From contig NZ_JACHVA010000046.1 in the NCBI RefSeq assembly GCF_014230055.1, positions 91,963 through 155,962 on the forward strand: a stretch of DNA of 64,000 nt, in the 5' to 3' direction. Of this stretch, positions 40,100-49,474 are shown piece after piece. Source of the stretch: Puniceicoccus vermicola. Its GTDB lineage: Bacteria > Verrucomicrobiota > Verrucomicrobiia > Opitutales > Puniceicoccaceae. The notes under the pieces were generated by a model. The model searched no databases. It was not told the origin of the DNA and was given only the letters and a program-made list of their open reading frames with translations. Within the stretch, counting starts at the first letter, position 1. Each line of letters starts with the position of its first letter. The position numbers and the translations under genes are program-made.

Positions 40100-40381
40100 G
40101 GGGAAATGCTTGAGGAGACAGGCGGATGAGATGGTTCAGTTGGCGAGCAACACCGTAGCGAGTGCATCCGAGACACACATCGCAAGGGAGCCGATCGGTT
40201 CCTGACTTCTCTCATCGTTCCGTAACCGGTATCCGCATTTCCGCGGGTGGTGATTGTGCTGAAGCGCTCGGATTGACGTAAATCGATCCGGCGCTTCCGG
40301 CTTGCACGAGTCGCCCTCGCTTTCTTTGGGCGGTTTGAGTCTAGCTTAGGAGGCTAGGGAGGCCAGTGTGGCGGGCCATGC

Positions 40382-40464
40382 CATGATCAGTGGGATTTGA
40401 ACCCACACGTCCTTGCGGACAACGGTTCCTTAGACCGGTGCGTATACCATTTCGCCATGATCGC
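40382..40464 (-). tRNA. tRNA-Leu-like (class II, long variable arm); the anticodon loop reads CTAAGGA, so the anticodon is ambiguous (AAG or TAA)
   Basis: Reverse complement GCGATCATGGCGAAATGGTATACGCA...GTGGGTTCAAATCCCAC aligns with bacterial tRNA-Leu 5' halves. Variable arm GTCC-GCAA-GGAC. One C-A mismatch in the acceptor stem by my reading. Confidence 0.5.
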
Positions 40465-40537
40465 TACTGTCCGGGAGTTGAACCCGGGACTAGTTGATTC
40501 GTAGTCAACTGCTCTACCCATCTGAGCTAACAGTATC
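40463..40537 (-). tRNA. tRNA-Arg(ACG)
   Basis: D-arm AGCTCAGATGGGTAGAGC; anticodon arm GTTGA-CTACGAA-TCAAC; T-arm CCGGG-TTCAACT-CCCGG. Confidence 0.6.
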
Positions 40538-40539
40538 GG

Positions 40540-40608
40540 GACAATCAGCCGGATTCGAACCGACGTTTTCCTGTCTTGCAGGATGCTTTACCTCTTAGCT
40601 ATGATTGC
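40540..40608 (-). tRNA. tRNA-like gene with irregular anticodon arm (TCCTG-CAAGA-CAGGA; possibly Cys-GCA type or a pseudogene)
   Basis: Acceptor GCAATCA/TGATTGT and canonical T-arm GTCGG-TTCGAAT-CCGGC, but I can only fold a 5-nt anticodon loop. Total ~69 nt. Confidence 0.3.
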
Positions 40609-40696
40609 GTGGTTTCCGTTTAGAACGTCGATGCGGAACACAATGACCTGACGGGAAGCCCGAGGTTCTTGTGCCGCCGACCGGAAAGTGAGTCTG

Positions 40697-40767
40697 TGGG
40701 CGTGGGAGGACTCGAACCTCCATCCTGTCCTTCGTAGAGACAGATGTTTCCTTTACACCACACGCCC
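40697..40767 (-). tRNA. tRNA-Arg(ACG), second copy with a different backbone
   Basis: GGGCGTG acceptor; anticodon arm TGTCT-CTACGAA-GGACA; T-arm GGAGG-TTCGAGT-CCTCC; discriminator A. Confidence 0.55.
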
Positions 40768-40775
40768 TCATAAAG

Positions 40776-40846
40776 TTGCGGAAGAAGGATTCGAACCTTC
40801 TCTTGCGGAGTCAAAGTCCACCGTGCAGCCTATACACTATCCCGCA
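40776..40846 (-). tRNA. tRNA-Gln(TTG)
   Basis: U1-A72 start typical of bacterial tRNA-Gln; anticodon arm GTGGA-CTTTGAC-TCCGC; T-arm GAAGG-TTCGAAT-CCTTC. Confidence 0.6.
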
Positions 40847-40850
40847 GGAA

Positions 40851-40927
40851 TGGTTGCAGAGGCGGGATTTGCACCCACGACCCCGAGCGTATGAGACTCG
40901 TGCTCTAACGAACTGAGCTACTCTACA
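40851..40927 (-). tRNA. tRNA(CAT) (Met, or Ile2/fMet) with encoded CCA and an atypical T-loop
   Basis: Anticodon arm CGAGT-CTCATAC-GCTCG. D-loop AGTTCGTTA (no GG). T-loop TGCAAAT (G at position 55). 3' ...CTCTGCA-A-CCA. Confidence 0.5.
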
Positions 40928-40934
40928 TGGAATT

Positions 40935-41010
40935 GGTGACCAAGAGGGGATTTGAACCCCTACTGTGCTGCTTCTGAGACAGCTGCCTCTTCCGGTTGGG
41001 CTACTCGGTC
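40935..41010 (-). tRNA. Class-I (short variable arm) tRNA with anticodon CAG, encoded CCA; identity unresolved
   Basis: Acceptor GACCGAG/CTTGGTC; anticodon arm GCTGT-CTCAGAA-GCAGC; 5-nt variable region ACAGT; T-arm AGGGG-TTCAAAT-CCCCT; discriminator A. 74 nt plus CCA. Confidence 0.45.
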
Positions 41011-41022
41011 TTGTAAGTTCGG

Positions 41023-41095
41023 TGGGAGCACATGGAATCGCACCATGACCTTCTGGTCTTCAGTCAGACGTGCAGACTGTCTACACCATACTCCC
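41023..41095 (-). tRNA. tRNA-Phe(GAA) with an atypical T-loop
   Basis: Anticodon arm TCTGA-CTGAAGA-CCAGA (31-39 mismatch). D-arm GTGT-AGACAGTCT-GCAC. T-arm CATGG-TGCGATT-CCATG (G55). Confidence 0.5.
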
Positions 41096-41101
41096 GGAAA
41101 T

Positions 41102-41177
41102 TGGCTCGGCGGGCAGGCTCCGACCCTGCAACATCGGCCTTAACAGTGCCGCGTTCTACCGATTGAACTACCGCCGA
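41102..41177 (-). tRNA. tRNA-Asn(GTT) with encoded CCA; T-loop GTCGGAG is atypical
   Basis: Acceptor TCGGCGG/CCGCCGA; D-arm GTTC-AATCGGTA-GAAC; anticodon loop CTGTTAA. Confidence 0.5.
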
Positions 41178-41639
41178 AGAAAATTGAATCGGAGGATGAG
41201 AAGATTCGAATCCCCTGATCCGTAGTCAGGTGCTCTCATCAAGAGGCACTGACTTAAAATAATTTTGTTTCCACCCTTCGGTTGGTTTCGCCCCTCTCAT
41301 GAAATGGTCTTCATGGTTTGGACGCCGATTACTTGACGTTTGACCTTCTCGTGCGGCGGAAGGGAGGCCGGTGAACTGTAGTTGGGTGGAAACAAAAAAC
41401 CCAGGTGCTTGAATGGCGGCCTGGGCTTGGTGAAAGAGTGTCTGGTTTCTCATCTAGGTCGGTCGGATTCGACAGGTGTATAGATTAGGAAACTTTGGCT
41501 GATTCAAAGCCCGTGCTGGATTCTCAAAGGAATACAGGCGATCGCATGTCATGAGATTCGGAGTGTCCAATAAGCCCCAAAGCATTGGTACTTTTTGTCT
41601 CCGAATCTGAGACGATGGATGAATGGATTTTATGCGTGT

Positions 41640-41770
41640 GTGCATGACGTGAATGGATGAATGGTGTTTGGTTTTGTGAAATAAAACTTATTTGTCAAAT
41701 AAAAAATATATAAATTATTGAATAGCAATAAGATGGGAGGCAGGAGAAGCTATCCAAGGCTCCGCCCGGA
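41640..41770. other. Strongly AT-rich (~75% AT) intergenic patch in an otherwise ~60% GC sequence
   Basis: Reads ...gaaataaaacttatttgtcaaataaaaaatatataaattattgaatagcaataag...; lies ~450 bp from the tRNA array. Confidence 0.6.
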
Positions 41771-42164
41771 CACGGGATGCGATCTTCGATTGCAAGCCAG
41801 TGTCTCTGGGAAGAAGGAAATAAAAAAGCCCGGGTGTTTTCACAGTCCGGGCTCATTCCTAAAGTGTAGTTTGTTTTCTTTCTAATCGTCGAATTGAGTG
41901 ATTAAAACGGTTAGCGCTACACGGGTGTGGCCGGACAAATGGGCACAACACGTTCCCATTGGATTTTCATTTTGAAAACCCAACATGAGTCGTTCTCTGA
42001 TCTGTCGGAGGTGTAGCATTACGAAATAAGGAAGGATGTTTGATCGCGGATGGGATGATTTCTGTCAACGGGTAAATCGGATTGCGGAAATATTATTGTA
42101 TCACTATACGTTGATGGAATCGAAGGAGGATCGCGCGAGTCGGAACGGATTCAGATCCAGTGCC

Positions 42165-42365
42165 TTTGTTGGAGTCCCGGATTTATCCGGAATCATGCTG
42201 CCTCTCGGAGGGCCGCAGACCGATCCAACGCACTCCGGCTAAAGCCGGTGCTCCAACCTCGCCCAATGCGGCATCCCGCTTGAGTACCGAATTTATCCGG
42301 GATCATCCTGCCTCTCAGAGAGCCCTTGCATTCCCGAGGATTAAAGTAGCCGGGTTGGTTCCCCG
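42165..42365. repeat. Palindromic repeat family G (copies 4 and 5, tandem)
   Basis: gttggagtcccggatttatccggaatcatgctgcctctcggagggccgcagaccgatccaacgcactccggctaaagccggtgctccaacc followed by cttgagtaccgaatttatccgggatcatcctgcctctcagagagccc…. Confidence 0.7.
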
Positions 42366-42589
42366 CCCGGCTCCGCACCGCTATGCTGAATGATTGACCG
42401 GATTTGATCTAATCGAGATTTCCGAAATGGCGTAGGAGCTGGAAGCTCCCGCTACGGTTTGGATCAACGGAGCCCATATCGTAGTTCGGAGCTTCCAGCT
42501 CCCGAACAAAGGTCCGAGATGTCGGGGACATCCTGCGATATCATAGAAATCGGATTCTCCTCCTGCGATTGTATCGTTATTCGCGGGCC

Positions 42590-42685
42590 TTTGTTGGAGT
42601 ACCGGATTTATCCGGAATTATGCTGCCTCTCAGAGGGCCTTTCCAGCGCATTCCGGATAAAGCCGGTACTCCAACCCTTTCATAG
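42590..42685. repeat. Palindromic repeat family G (copy 6)
   Basis: tgttggagtaccggatttatccggaattatgctgcctctcagagggcctttccagcgcattccggataaagccggtactccaaccc. Confidence 0.75.
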
Positions 42686-42728
42686 GCGCTCTATTTGTGG
42701 GCCTTTTCGGGACGGTCTTTCCCAGTTC

Positions 42729-45700
42729 CTATTCCTTCTTCCGGGAGATCCCGCAGCCCAGTGCTCCCAGGAGGATAAAGGCAACCAGCGCGATCCACCA
42801 ACTGCCTTCGTCTGCGGGTTGGCGGGTGGGTTCGGTTTGGAAGCTTACGTATAGTTCGGCCCAGGGATCTACGGCGACTACGCGCTGGAGGCGGATGAAC
42901 TGGGTGGCTGCGGGCACGGTGAGGTCGAACTGGGCGGGCGAGGGAAGGGCCGCGTTCTGTTGTTCGATCAATTGTTGGACAACAGCGGCGAGGCCTTCTG
43001 CCGATTGGGCGGACTGGACGGGGATGGCTCCGCTTTGGTTCTCCATTTGGGCCATGGCGTTGACGTTGCCAGAGACGTTGGCGACTTTGGAACGCCGTTG
43101 GTTGAGGCCGGAGAGGGCTTGCTGTTTGCGCACCTCGTTCCACTGGACGAGGGCATCGGCGTTGAAGCTGGCGTCGTTGAGCGAGAGGTTGTAGGCGGAC
43201 TCGAAGGCCCGGTTGGCGTCTTGGGTCTTCCCTTGCTGAAGTAGCGAGTTCCCGAGACCGTAGAGTTCCCGGGCCGAATCGATGTTGTTGTCCGTAATTG
43301 TCTGGTTTGGCATTACCCCCGGGTGGTCGGGATGCTGGGTCACGATACCGGCGAGGTTCAGGGTGGTCTCAAGCGTGTCCATGGGCACCCGCCACTCCTG
43401 GGGCGCGTGAACCAGCCACTCGATGTTTTCGAGGGGGAGGCCTAGATCCGGAAGAGATAGGTTTTGGGTCTCGGTGGAAGTCCGCGAGAGCGGGTGGTCA
43501 CGCGTGGCGGTGATTAGGCGAACCTCTGTTTCCGCGCCGGGGACTGAGCTCTTCGCCAGTGGAATGAGGATCTCATCGCCATCTTCCCAGAGGCGCACGT
43601 TCTGCCCGTTGACGAAGGCGGACCAGAGAGTCGTCTCCTCCTGAATACGGATCGGGAGATAGCGCTGACTCTGGGTTTGCAGGCGAACGACAGTCTCCGT
43701 GAGGGTGATCCCCGTCTCGGCGAGGATGCTGCGGGCGTTGACGGCGAGGACGCGGGCTTTGAGAAGAGACTCCGATTCGCCGAGATTGCGGACGGTGAAG
43801 TGGATGGGCTGTCCGGGTTCGGTGAGGCGGAAGACCAGCCCGGAGGCGGGGGCCTGGGTCCGGCCGCGAAGACGCTCGGGAATGTTGGTCCAGAGCGCAC
43901 GGTTGTTCTCGGCCGACGGATCCGGGGTGAGGTCGAGTCTTGGGTTCGTGAATACGGAGGCGTAAGCGGTGGATCGGTCGGAGTTCTGGAGGTAGGGGAG
44001 GTCTAGGGCCCAGTCCTCGTTTTCCGGAACCGCTTCCGTGAAGTAATGAACCGTGAGGGAAGAGGTGCCGATAATGCGGCGGTCAAAAACAACTTTCCAG
44101 ATCGACGGATCGTCGGGGCTCTCTTGGCGGAAGTGCGAAAGGTGGGGATGCTCGACGACGAGGGAGCTGTGGTCTTTCGGGACGGTGAGCAGGAGTTCTT
44201 TGACCCCGGCATTCTCAATGTCGAGGGCGAAGACGGTTCGGTGTTCGACGCGGCTCGAGTCGACGGTGACGCGGGCAAGACTTTGGGTTTCGATCCACGG
44301 ACTGAGTTTCTCGATCGAATAAGACGCTTGCCAATCTTTAGAGAGGAGCCGGATCAGGTGTCCGCCCGGTTTGCGGATGCCCTGACTCTGGGGGTCAACC
44401 TGAAGGGCGGCGCTCTGCAGGTCGACCGTGACCTTGAGCCCCAGCTCGGGGGAGATCTGGTAAAGGCCGGACTCGCGGGCAACCCGGTCGAACCGAATGG
44501 CGGGGAGCGGTCCGTCTTTGAGTCGGTCGGCCCCCGGGCCGCTGAAGGTGAGCGCGAGCTGGAGTTTGCCGAGGACTTTTTGCTGGAAATGGAGAATGAT
44601 CTCGAGACCGTCCTCCGTGGCGTCCTTGGTCCAGTAGGCGAGGTTTGTCGCGGAAATGTTTTCGACATCGAAGGGTGCCGGGACCGCAAAGCGCATGGAG
44701 AAGAGTCCGGCCTTCTCAACGGTCGCGGTTCCCTGGAAGCTGAGGAGGGTCCGGTCCTCGCCGAGCGAGAGGTTTTGGCGGGATTCGATGTGGATCTCCG
44801 TCTCGACTCCGCGGGCGGTGAAGGTGAGCGAGGGCTCGTCCTTCCCGAACCGGAAGCGTTCGCGGACGCTGAGAGTCTCCCCCACAATTTGCACGAGGGA
44901 TGGATCAATTGCGCTGTCATTGCCGCCCGGCGACATCGCCGTCGGCGTCACTCCCGTCACTTCGACCTCGGAGGGCGTGGCGAGGAGAACGGAGCCGAGA
45001 GACGATTCCACGTCGGCGACGCGAGGGATTTCAAGAATGGTCTCGTAGGGGAGGTTGGATTTCACCATCTCGGTCACGACCCGGATGGTAAACGGTGCCG
45101 ACACCGGTTCGGAGGTGAGGATTTGCAGCATTCCTGTCTCGGGATTGAATTGCCATGTGTGGCCGCGGTTCGCCTCGACGTGGGTGACGATTTGCGATTC
45201 GGGGATGTTGATGGAGAAGGCCGAGGACTGTCCTTGGGCGAAGGAGAGATTGAAGCGATGCTCTCCGATGACGACGCCACTGATCGGGACGTAGACGTGT
45301 TTCGATTCGCTGAAGAAACGTAGGGGCTCTTTGGCCGGATCGCGCTTCGCGGGGGCCCAAGAGAGATCGGGGAGGGTGCCGACCCGGAAACTCAGTTCGA
45401 GGCTTTGGCCGTCGTCGCTTTCTCGGATATCGACTGCCTCTTTCGACTCGAGGGTGATGCGTTCCAATTGCTTGCCGTGGAGGATGGCTTTCTGGATCAA
45501 GGCGGGTCCGACGGCGAGGGTTACGGTGCGGGAGTTGCCGTCGACCTGAGGTTCCCAGAGCGCTTCCATCCGGATTGAATGGGTGCCGTCACTCTTGGCC
45601 CGGGCGAGCAGAGCGCCCTCCGTTGTGCGGACCAGTTCAATGGCGTCCGCTTCATAATCAATGGCAGTTACCCGGGTTCCGGCCGGGGCGAGCGCCAGGG

Positions 45701-48700
45701 TTTCTCCGGTGGTGGCCTTCCACTCGATCCGGGTCTCTCCGGACAGGCGGTTCGCCTGCAGCGTCAGGTCGTGGGTGATGCTCTCGGCTTGAGCGGCCGA
45801 TAGGTCGGGCGGGTTTCCGACTCCGAGTGCGATTAGGGCGAGCAGGACGGAAGCCTTTCCTCTGCCAGCCCAACGGAAACGTCCGGCAACGAGAATTTGG
45901 GCCACCACCGCAATGACTCCGATCCAGAGGAGGGGCCAGCTTGCCGGGAAGGAGGTGGCGGAGGCGAAAAAGATGAGGGCGAGCCCGGCGGAGGAGAGGG
46001 CGAGGGCCGCAGGGCGGTTGCGACGAAGCGCAAAGGCTCCGGCGAGAAGGACGACGCCTGCAACGAGCCATGGGATGCTCGGGTGGAATCCCCGGGAACC
46101 GTCTGGTTCGGTCAAGACCACGGTGGCGTGGATCGACTCGGCGGCGGGGAGAACTTTTCCGCTGAACTCAAGCTGCTCGGGGAGAGGGGTCGGGTGACCC
46201 TGAACCAGATTCGTCTCGAGGGCGAGGATGGCCCCGAGGAAGGCAATGAAGGCACAGGTGCAGATCGCGATGCCGATGAGGAACCGCTTCCACCAGAAGG
46301 GGACTCGGATGGCGAGCCGCACCAGGAGGACCATTCCCATGATGCCGATCCCGAAGAGGAGGAGTCCGATGGCGAAGACGAAGCCCTGCAGGGAAAGAGG
46401 TTGCGGCAAGTTGATCGGGTCGAGGAGGCCGTCTTGGAAGGCGGGCACTACGGATCCGTCGGCCCGGACCGTCCAGGTGAAGTCCTGAACCGGGGCGGGA
46501 AAGACGGGGAGGGAGATTTGCATCTTCGAGGAGGGATCGCCGGGGTTGGCGGTGGTCAGCGATACGAGAAGGGTTCCATCGGGTCCGGTCGTGGCGGGCA
46601 GGGGGATCAAAGTGCGGCTGCCGTCGGTCACCGGAGTGACGGCTTGACCGGCCACGCGGGTTTCCCAGATCCGGGATCCTTCCGGGGTTTCGAGGGCGAG
46701 GTAAGGTCGCTGAATGCTGCGCAGGGTCAGGTCCAGCTCGGTGATGAGTTCGCCGTTGGGGTTGATTCGGGTCTGGGCCTGAAGGCTTTCGATGTTCTGC
46801 TGGATCGATTCGATACCGGGAAGGGATCGGAGTGCCACCGAGAGCTCCGGATTCTCGTTCTCGTAGCGGAAGGCGGCGATCAGTGGAGAGGAATATAAAA
46901 GACGCCATTCCTCGGGAAGATCCCGTGCTTCGATCCGGGTGAGGGTTCCGGATTTTTCCTGCCGTGCGATTTCGAACGGGAAGTGGGAGACGAAGGCCAG
47001 GAATCCCTGCTCGTCAGCCTTGAGAAGAGGAGTGGGTCCGGTCGTGGGAAAGAGGGTGTCGCGAGTGATCGGGGATTCGTACGTGGCGAGGATGGTAAAC
47101 GCTCCGGAAAGCGGGGATTGGAACCGTAGGGTCGCCGTCCGGTCTTTGAGGGTCCAGCTGCGGAGGCCTTCTCCCTGGAAGTCCGGATTATCGTAGCCCG
47201 CGGGCAATTCGAATTGAAGTTCGGTCAATGGGGCTCCGGTCACCGCGAAGTTGAAGATCGCACTGCCATAGAGCGTTTCTTCGGCCAGAGTCAGGAGGCG
47301 GAAGGTGTCGAGGCGGATGGATTGCTCGACTGCGGAGAGTGAGGCGGAAAGAGTCCAATCCTCTTGTTGCATGCGCCAGGCGAAGGAGGCGCGGTCCTGA
47401 AACCGGGGAAGGAAAGCGGAAGCGATCTCGGTGAGGTTCTCGGTTTGGTCGATCTGGATGCGGATGCCTTCCACCGTGCCGAGTCCGACGAACCCGCGCA
47501 CCAGGTTTGCATCCGGGATGGTCACGGGATGGACGGCGAGTGGGCGCGGTTCGAAGGAGCCGGGGCGTTCCATCTCGATCCCGAAGGCGGTGCGTCCTTT
47601 GATTTCGCCGTTCAGGTAGATCTGGATGAGGTTTTTCCCGTTTTCCTCGATCAGCTGGTAATCCTTCACGTCTCCGCCGGAAACGGAGAGAACCATGAAA
47701 TCCTCGGGGATCTCGATGGGAATCGTAGAAACCGCGGCCTCGCGGATCTCCACGTCGAAGTCCGCGGAGAGGTGGATTCCGGAAAAGTCGGTTTCATAGA
47801 GAATTACGACGGATTGGAAAAGTTCCGGAGTGACCGCTTCGGCCCGAAGGGAAAGGCTGTAGTCGGCGGATCCGTGGCGGAAGGCGATCGCGGGACGATT
47901 GCCGGGCGAATTGCTGAAATCGAAGCGGGCCGAGGGAAAGAGGTTGGGCGCGACCTGGAGAAGGCCGTTGGTTCCGGCGATATCGATCTTGGTTTCAGCG
48001 TCGAAGTCGATCCGAAGGAAACCGCTGAAGCGCTGAGCTCCCACGGGCGAAAGGCGGGTGGGCTCGACCTCGACGGGAAAGGCGCTGAGGATCTCCATCA
48101 TCTTTGCCCGGAGGAGAAATTGTCCGCTTTGCGCCTCGGAGAACTGAACGAGGATCTCGCGGGTGCCATCTCCGGTATCGCGAACCGACCAGTCACGAAT
48201 GGAGGGTCCGGTTAGGTCGAGAATGTCGGCGGGGCCGTCCACGTTGAGGCGAACGTCCTGCATTGCCCCTTGCGTGAGGGAGTAGGCGAAGCGGGTATCC
48301 TGCTCGAGCGCACCCTTGGCTACGGTGATGGTAGTCGCGCCATCGACGGTGAAAAACTTTTTCGCGCTGGTGTTGCCGGCGCCGCGGGTCCAGTTCATCC
48401 GAACCGTGCCTTCGCGGTCGAGGGGGAAACTTTCGGTGGATTCCGATTCCGTAAGGAGGCGCGTCACTCCGGCGACCGTCAACACCAGTCGCTCATCCGA
48501 CTGGTTGACCGCTTCGAAATGGCGGACCGTTCCCTCGGCTGGGGTAAAGGCGAGCGAGCCGCCATCGACGCTTTCCTGGACCTTGACGGTGAATGGAAGC
48601 TCGACCGCATAGCTTCCGGCGCGGGGAAACTTGAGCCGGACATTACCCGGAGAGGCCTGGATCGTGTAGTCGTCCGTATCCGGGGCTTCGGAGAGGGCGA

Positions 48701-49474
48701 TGGCACCGCGGAGAAGGGGCAGCTCGACTCCATCGTCGGAATGGACGGTGATCGTTCCGCTCCAGAGATGACGGGGGCCGGACGGAGTGAATTCCGTGCG
48801 GAGGGTATAGTTCTCGATGGTGAAAGGATTGATGGGAACCTGTCGGGCGGATGCCGAGAGTTCGTAGGGAAACCCGTCGAGAGCGAATGATGCGTAATGG
48901 ACGGTCGGGTTCTCTAGGGAGCGGACGTTGTTGCCTGCTTGAAATTGAAGGCCGATTCCGGGTGGAGTGTGGAACTCGACCGAAGCTCTAGAGAGCCCTT
49001 CGAAAAGTGGGGAGATCTGGAGAAACTTCGCCGATTCCCAGGGGAGCGACTGCTCGTGGGAGGTGAGGATCTCGATGGTTCTACCTTCGGGAGTTTGTGA
49101 GGGGGAGAAGGCGAGTCCGAGAGTTGCACCATCCTCCTTTTGCTGGAGACCCCAACCGCGCAAGTCCGCCCCGCGCACCTCGCGGATGGACTCGGTGTTT
49201 TTAAGTTGGAGGTAAACGAGGGTCAGCGGAGTCGCGATGGGCTCCAGAGTCACCTTCCAGTTGCCGGTGGTCTTTTCGGCTCCGACGGTGATGGTGCCGT
49301 GGATACGAGTCGCGATCTTTCCGTTGTGGGGAGTCTCGGCGGGGTCGAACTCTCCGTGGATGACGAAGCTTCCCGAACGGCCTTCGGGTTGCTGGATCGG
49401 CGTCGCCGTCTCGGCGGAGTGAGCCAGATGCGAAAGAAGGAGGAGCGGGAGGAGGAGGGCTTTAGTCATGTTCA
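42729..49474 (-). CDS. Giant secreted/membrane protein (~2250 aa from MNMTKALLL) with two homologous ~1000-aa halves, a central cluster of TM helices and a PEP-CTERM-like C-terminal anchor
   Basis: Signal peptide MNMTKALLLPLLLLSHLAHSA. Internal duplication (IWETRVAGQAVTPVTDGSRTLIPLPATTGPDGTLLVSL vs LWSAFVNGQNVRLWEDGDEILIPLAKSSVPGAETEVRLI). Four or more TM helices mid-protein (FVFAIGLLLFGIGIMGMVLLV...; WLVAGVVLLAGAFAL...). C-terminal PADEGSWWIALVAFILLGALGCGISRKKE. The ORF-track N-terminal extension to 50273 overlaps the upstream gene and is probably not translated. Confidence 0.65.

Noticed and set aside
41180-41250. tmRNA (ssrA) tRNA-like domain suggested by GATTCGAATCC
   Set aside because: No acceptor-stem pairing with an upstream 5' partner, no …CCA end, and no tag-peptide reading frame (ANDENYALAA-like) nearby.
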